A stretch of 64,000 bases of DNA from Callorhinchus milii. Lineage: Eukaryota. Positions 63,503 to 64,000 of this stretch are shown piece by piece; the stretch's first letter is position 1, and each line of letters begins with the position of its first letter. The notes beneath the pieces are model-generated. The model was not told where the DNA came from. It was given only the letters and a program-made list of their open reading frames with translations, and ran no database searches. The position numbers and the translations under genes were made by a program. The stretch is from positions 78,184,001 through 78,248,000 of the forward strand of contig NW_024704742.1 of the NCBI RefSeq assembly GCF_018977255.1, written 5' to 3'.

Positions 63503-63930
63503 AATAATAATCCTTGCATTTGATATAGTGCCTTATCACGGAATATACATTTTAGTATAATATATTTTTAGAGTTTTGAAGAGAGAAAGACGACGAAAGG
63601 ATTTGGGGAGAGAATTCCAGATGGTGGAGCAGCTTGGCTGAAAACATGGTGACTTGTGGAACAGAGGGGATGAGAAGCAAGCAGTAAACCAAATTGAAGG
63701 ACCAGAGAGTATAGGCAGGAGGAGATTGCCGCTGCAGAGATGGGGCAAGAACGCAAAAAGATTTAAAAGACAGGACAACAATTTGAAAGTTGTTCCACTT
63801 GGATTCACGTAGGAGCCTGGCAAGGATACTAGTGATGATAATATTCATGCAAGAGGAGGATGTGGATTTCTGAATCAACTGGAGCCTATGGAGGATGTAG
63901 CAACAGAGTCTGGCAAGGAGCGGATTGGAG
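63503..63930 (-). mobile_element. Degenerate L2 3' fragment with a SINE-type (AAT)n tail
   Basis: TIWNSLPKS motif on the minus strand; aataatccttgcatttgatatag tail. Confidence 0.6.
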
Positions 63931-64000
63931 AAATTTGGACTATTTAGATGATGAATACGTCATGAATACAGGATATACTGTGATGTGATGGTGATTATGT

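Noticed and set aside
57300..64000. Downstream neighbouring gene or its 3' UTR on the minus strand
   Set aside because: No coding exon identified; scattered TTTATT hexamers are expected by chance in AT-rich DNA.

Overview
This is eukaryotic (vertebrate) genomic DNA. The repeat families suggest a cartilaginous fish, possibly a chimaera (inference). The window holds the 3' end of an axonemal dynein heavy chain gene recognisable as DNAH6 on the + strand. Sixteen coding exons (835..56933) splice in consistent phase into 756 aa plus TAA, covering the AAA5/AAA6 linker, AAA6 and the C-terminal domain. One intron uses a GC donor. The introns are dense with repeats: a young tRNA-Ala-headed SINE, older Deu-type (SacSINE1-like) SINEs, L2 and CR1 LINE fragments, hAT-type MITEs and a Penelope-like terminus with a decayed hammerhead motif. 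Nearly all ORFs in the track are LINE fragments or noise. I found no evidence of a novel protein-coding system. The most interesting signals are: (i) shadow copies of parts of one DNAH6 exon, including its splice donor in triplicate; (ii) several short templated or inverted insertions (template-switch scars), including a 107-bp self-templated inversion inside a young L2; (iii) a multi-layer nest of insertions that splits one SINE over ~6.7 kb; (iv) a covarying 3' stem-loop shared by the young SINE and L2; and (v) an unassigned ancient repeat present three times. Exon numbering is within this window only, and repeat boundaries are approximate.
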